NCBI GenBank assembly: GCA_964514975.1
Contig: CAZESS010000015.1
Span: forward strand, 1 to 54,957
Length of the DNA: 54,957 bases
Reading direction: 5' to 3'
Origin: an uncultured Thermoplasmatales archaeon
GTDB taxonomy: Archaea; Thermoplasmatota; E2; UBA202; DSCA01
Under the pieces are notes generated by a model. That model had not been told where the DNA came from. It ran no database searches and saw nothing but the letters and a program-made list of their open reading frames with translations. The position numbers and the translations under genes are program-made. Positions 53,907-54,957 of the stretch are shown piece after piece (the stretch's first letter is position 1; every line of letters begins with the position of its first letter).

Positions 53907-54957
53907 ATGAAAAGAAATGGCATATGGAAACAAAGGGCATGTATATTGACAGTATGTGTCACGTTAGCACTGATTTTGGGGACGCTATCCCCGTCTTTTT
54001 CCGGCACCACCGTGCCAGGTGGAACCACACCCACAGGCGAGGAGCTCAACATCGAGGCGTTCAACGAGGACATCGGCACAGCGCAGCGATATGACACCCC
54101 GCCACCATCAGATGACACCCCGGTGACAGCATCCGACCAGAACGACATCGGGTATCACACCGACGCGGGGAACAACATCTATCTCGCATTGCCCGTCTAC
54201 ATCGGGGAGCCAGTGGACGACCTGGTGCCCGGGCGGGGCCGGACCGGGTCGCTGGCACCCGATGACGGCGACGGCAGCGACTGGTACCTGTTCTCCGTCT
54301 GCACGGGGCAGCAGGTCGACGTATCGGTGGCATCAGACCATGGCTACAGCATAGAGCTCCTCAACAGCAACGCCGAGGTCGTCGCGCATCCTTATACAGC
54401 CACGGTAACCGGCGTGCATTTCTCCCGTGTCTTCGCAACAGATGGCAACGGCGGGGGTGACTACACCCTGGGCATATCCCTGAACGGACAGCAGGATGCA
54501 GGCATGACCGGAGACGCCGGTGACAGCCCGGGAGCAGCGAGAGCCATACAGTCGGGCGAGCACTGCGGCTACATGAGCGAAAGCGACCGGGAGGACTGGT
54601 ACCGTTTCGAGGCGAACGCCGGCGACGGCATATCGATATCGCTGGGCAGCCCTGTAAAATCGGACTACGACGTCACCCTGTACAGTCCCTCCGGCACGGC
54701 CATCCATACCGCATGCTACTACGGCGACGACACGCTGGAATATCCCGCCGACATCACGGGGACATGGAGGATGCGGATACACATGTTCCCGGGATGGGAC
54801 GAGGAAACATGGCCGGATGACTACTTCCGCTACGGGTCGGGCGCCTACACGTTCACGCTCCAGGTAGGGGGAACAGCATCTGCACCGCCCGAGCCTGAGC
54901 CGCAGCCCGACATCACCCCTGTCGCCCGGACCTTCATCGTAAACGATGACCCAGATG
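53907..54957 (+). CDS. Secreted protein with two pre-peptidase C-terminal (PPC)-like domains; truncated by window end
   Basis: Not in the ORF track. ATG 53907 follows RBS GGAGAGGT and gives MKRNGIWKQRACILTVCVTLALILG, then DGSDWYLFSV and DREDWYRFEANAGD..DYDVTLYSPSG. Open to the window end. Confidence 0.8.
   Translation, partial: MKRNGIWKQRACILTVCVTLALILGTLSPSFSGTTVPGGTTPTGEELNIEAFNEDIGTAQRYDTPPPSDDTPVTASDQNDIGYHTDAGNNIYLALPVYIGEPVDDLVPGRGRTGSLAPDDGDGSDWYLFSVCTGQQVDVSVASDHGYSIELLNSNAEVVAHPYTATVTGVHFSRVFATDGNGGGDYTLGISLNGQQDAGMTGDAGDSPGAARAIQSGEHCGYMSESDREDWYRFEANAGDGISISLGSPVKSDYDVTLYSPSGTAIHTACYYGDDTLEYPADITGTWRMRIHMFPGWDEETWPDDYFRYGSGAYTFTLQVGGTASAPPEPEPQPDITPVARTFIVNDDPD

Noticed and set aside
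53925-53937. TGGAAACAAAGGG resembling an ORB half-site
   Set aside because: Single copy, inside the signal-peptide coding region of the last gene and 30 kb from cdc6.

Overview
Archaeal chromosome segment, GC-rich and gene-dense. Split transketolase, Top6A/B, Cdc6/Orc1, RtcB plus archease, Tsr3, RNase Z and an archaeal signal peptidase establish the domain. A secreted gingipain and many PKD/beta-helix surface proteins point to a Thermoplasmatota peptide degrader (MBG-D/E2-like); this is an inference. Housekeeping blocks (about 20-33 kb and 43-54 kb) alternate with two clusters of large secreted modular proteins (1-20 kb and 33-42.5 kb). Four highlights. (1) A compact E1-Ubl-E2-JAMM cluster (23842-26079) sits head-to-head with cdc6. 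Its 78-aa modifier resembles eukaryotic ubiquitin and ends GG-R, a pro-form, and no E3 is visible. (2) An ORF missed by the track (<1-2676) fuses an RgpB-like Arg-gingipain to a Porphyromonas-type peptidylarginine/agmatine deiminase domain. (3) A ~165-aa C-terminal domain is shared by four unrelated secreted proteins, with near-identical DNA, and is a candidate surface-sorting tag. (4) A 4616-aa protein carries ~25 Cys-paired Ig-like repeats with LamG, beta-helix and unknown domains inserted inside repeats. I found no rRNA, tRNA, CRISPR array or transposase. All family calls come from motifs recognised by eye; no searches were run.
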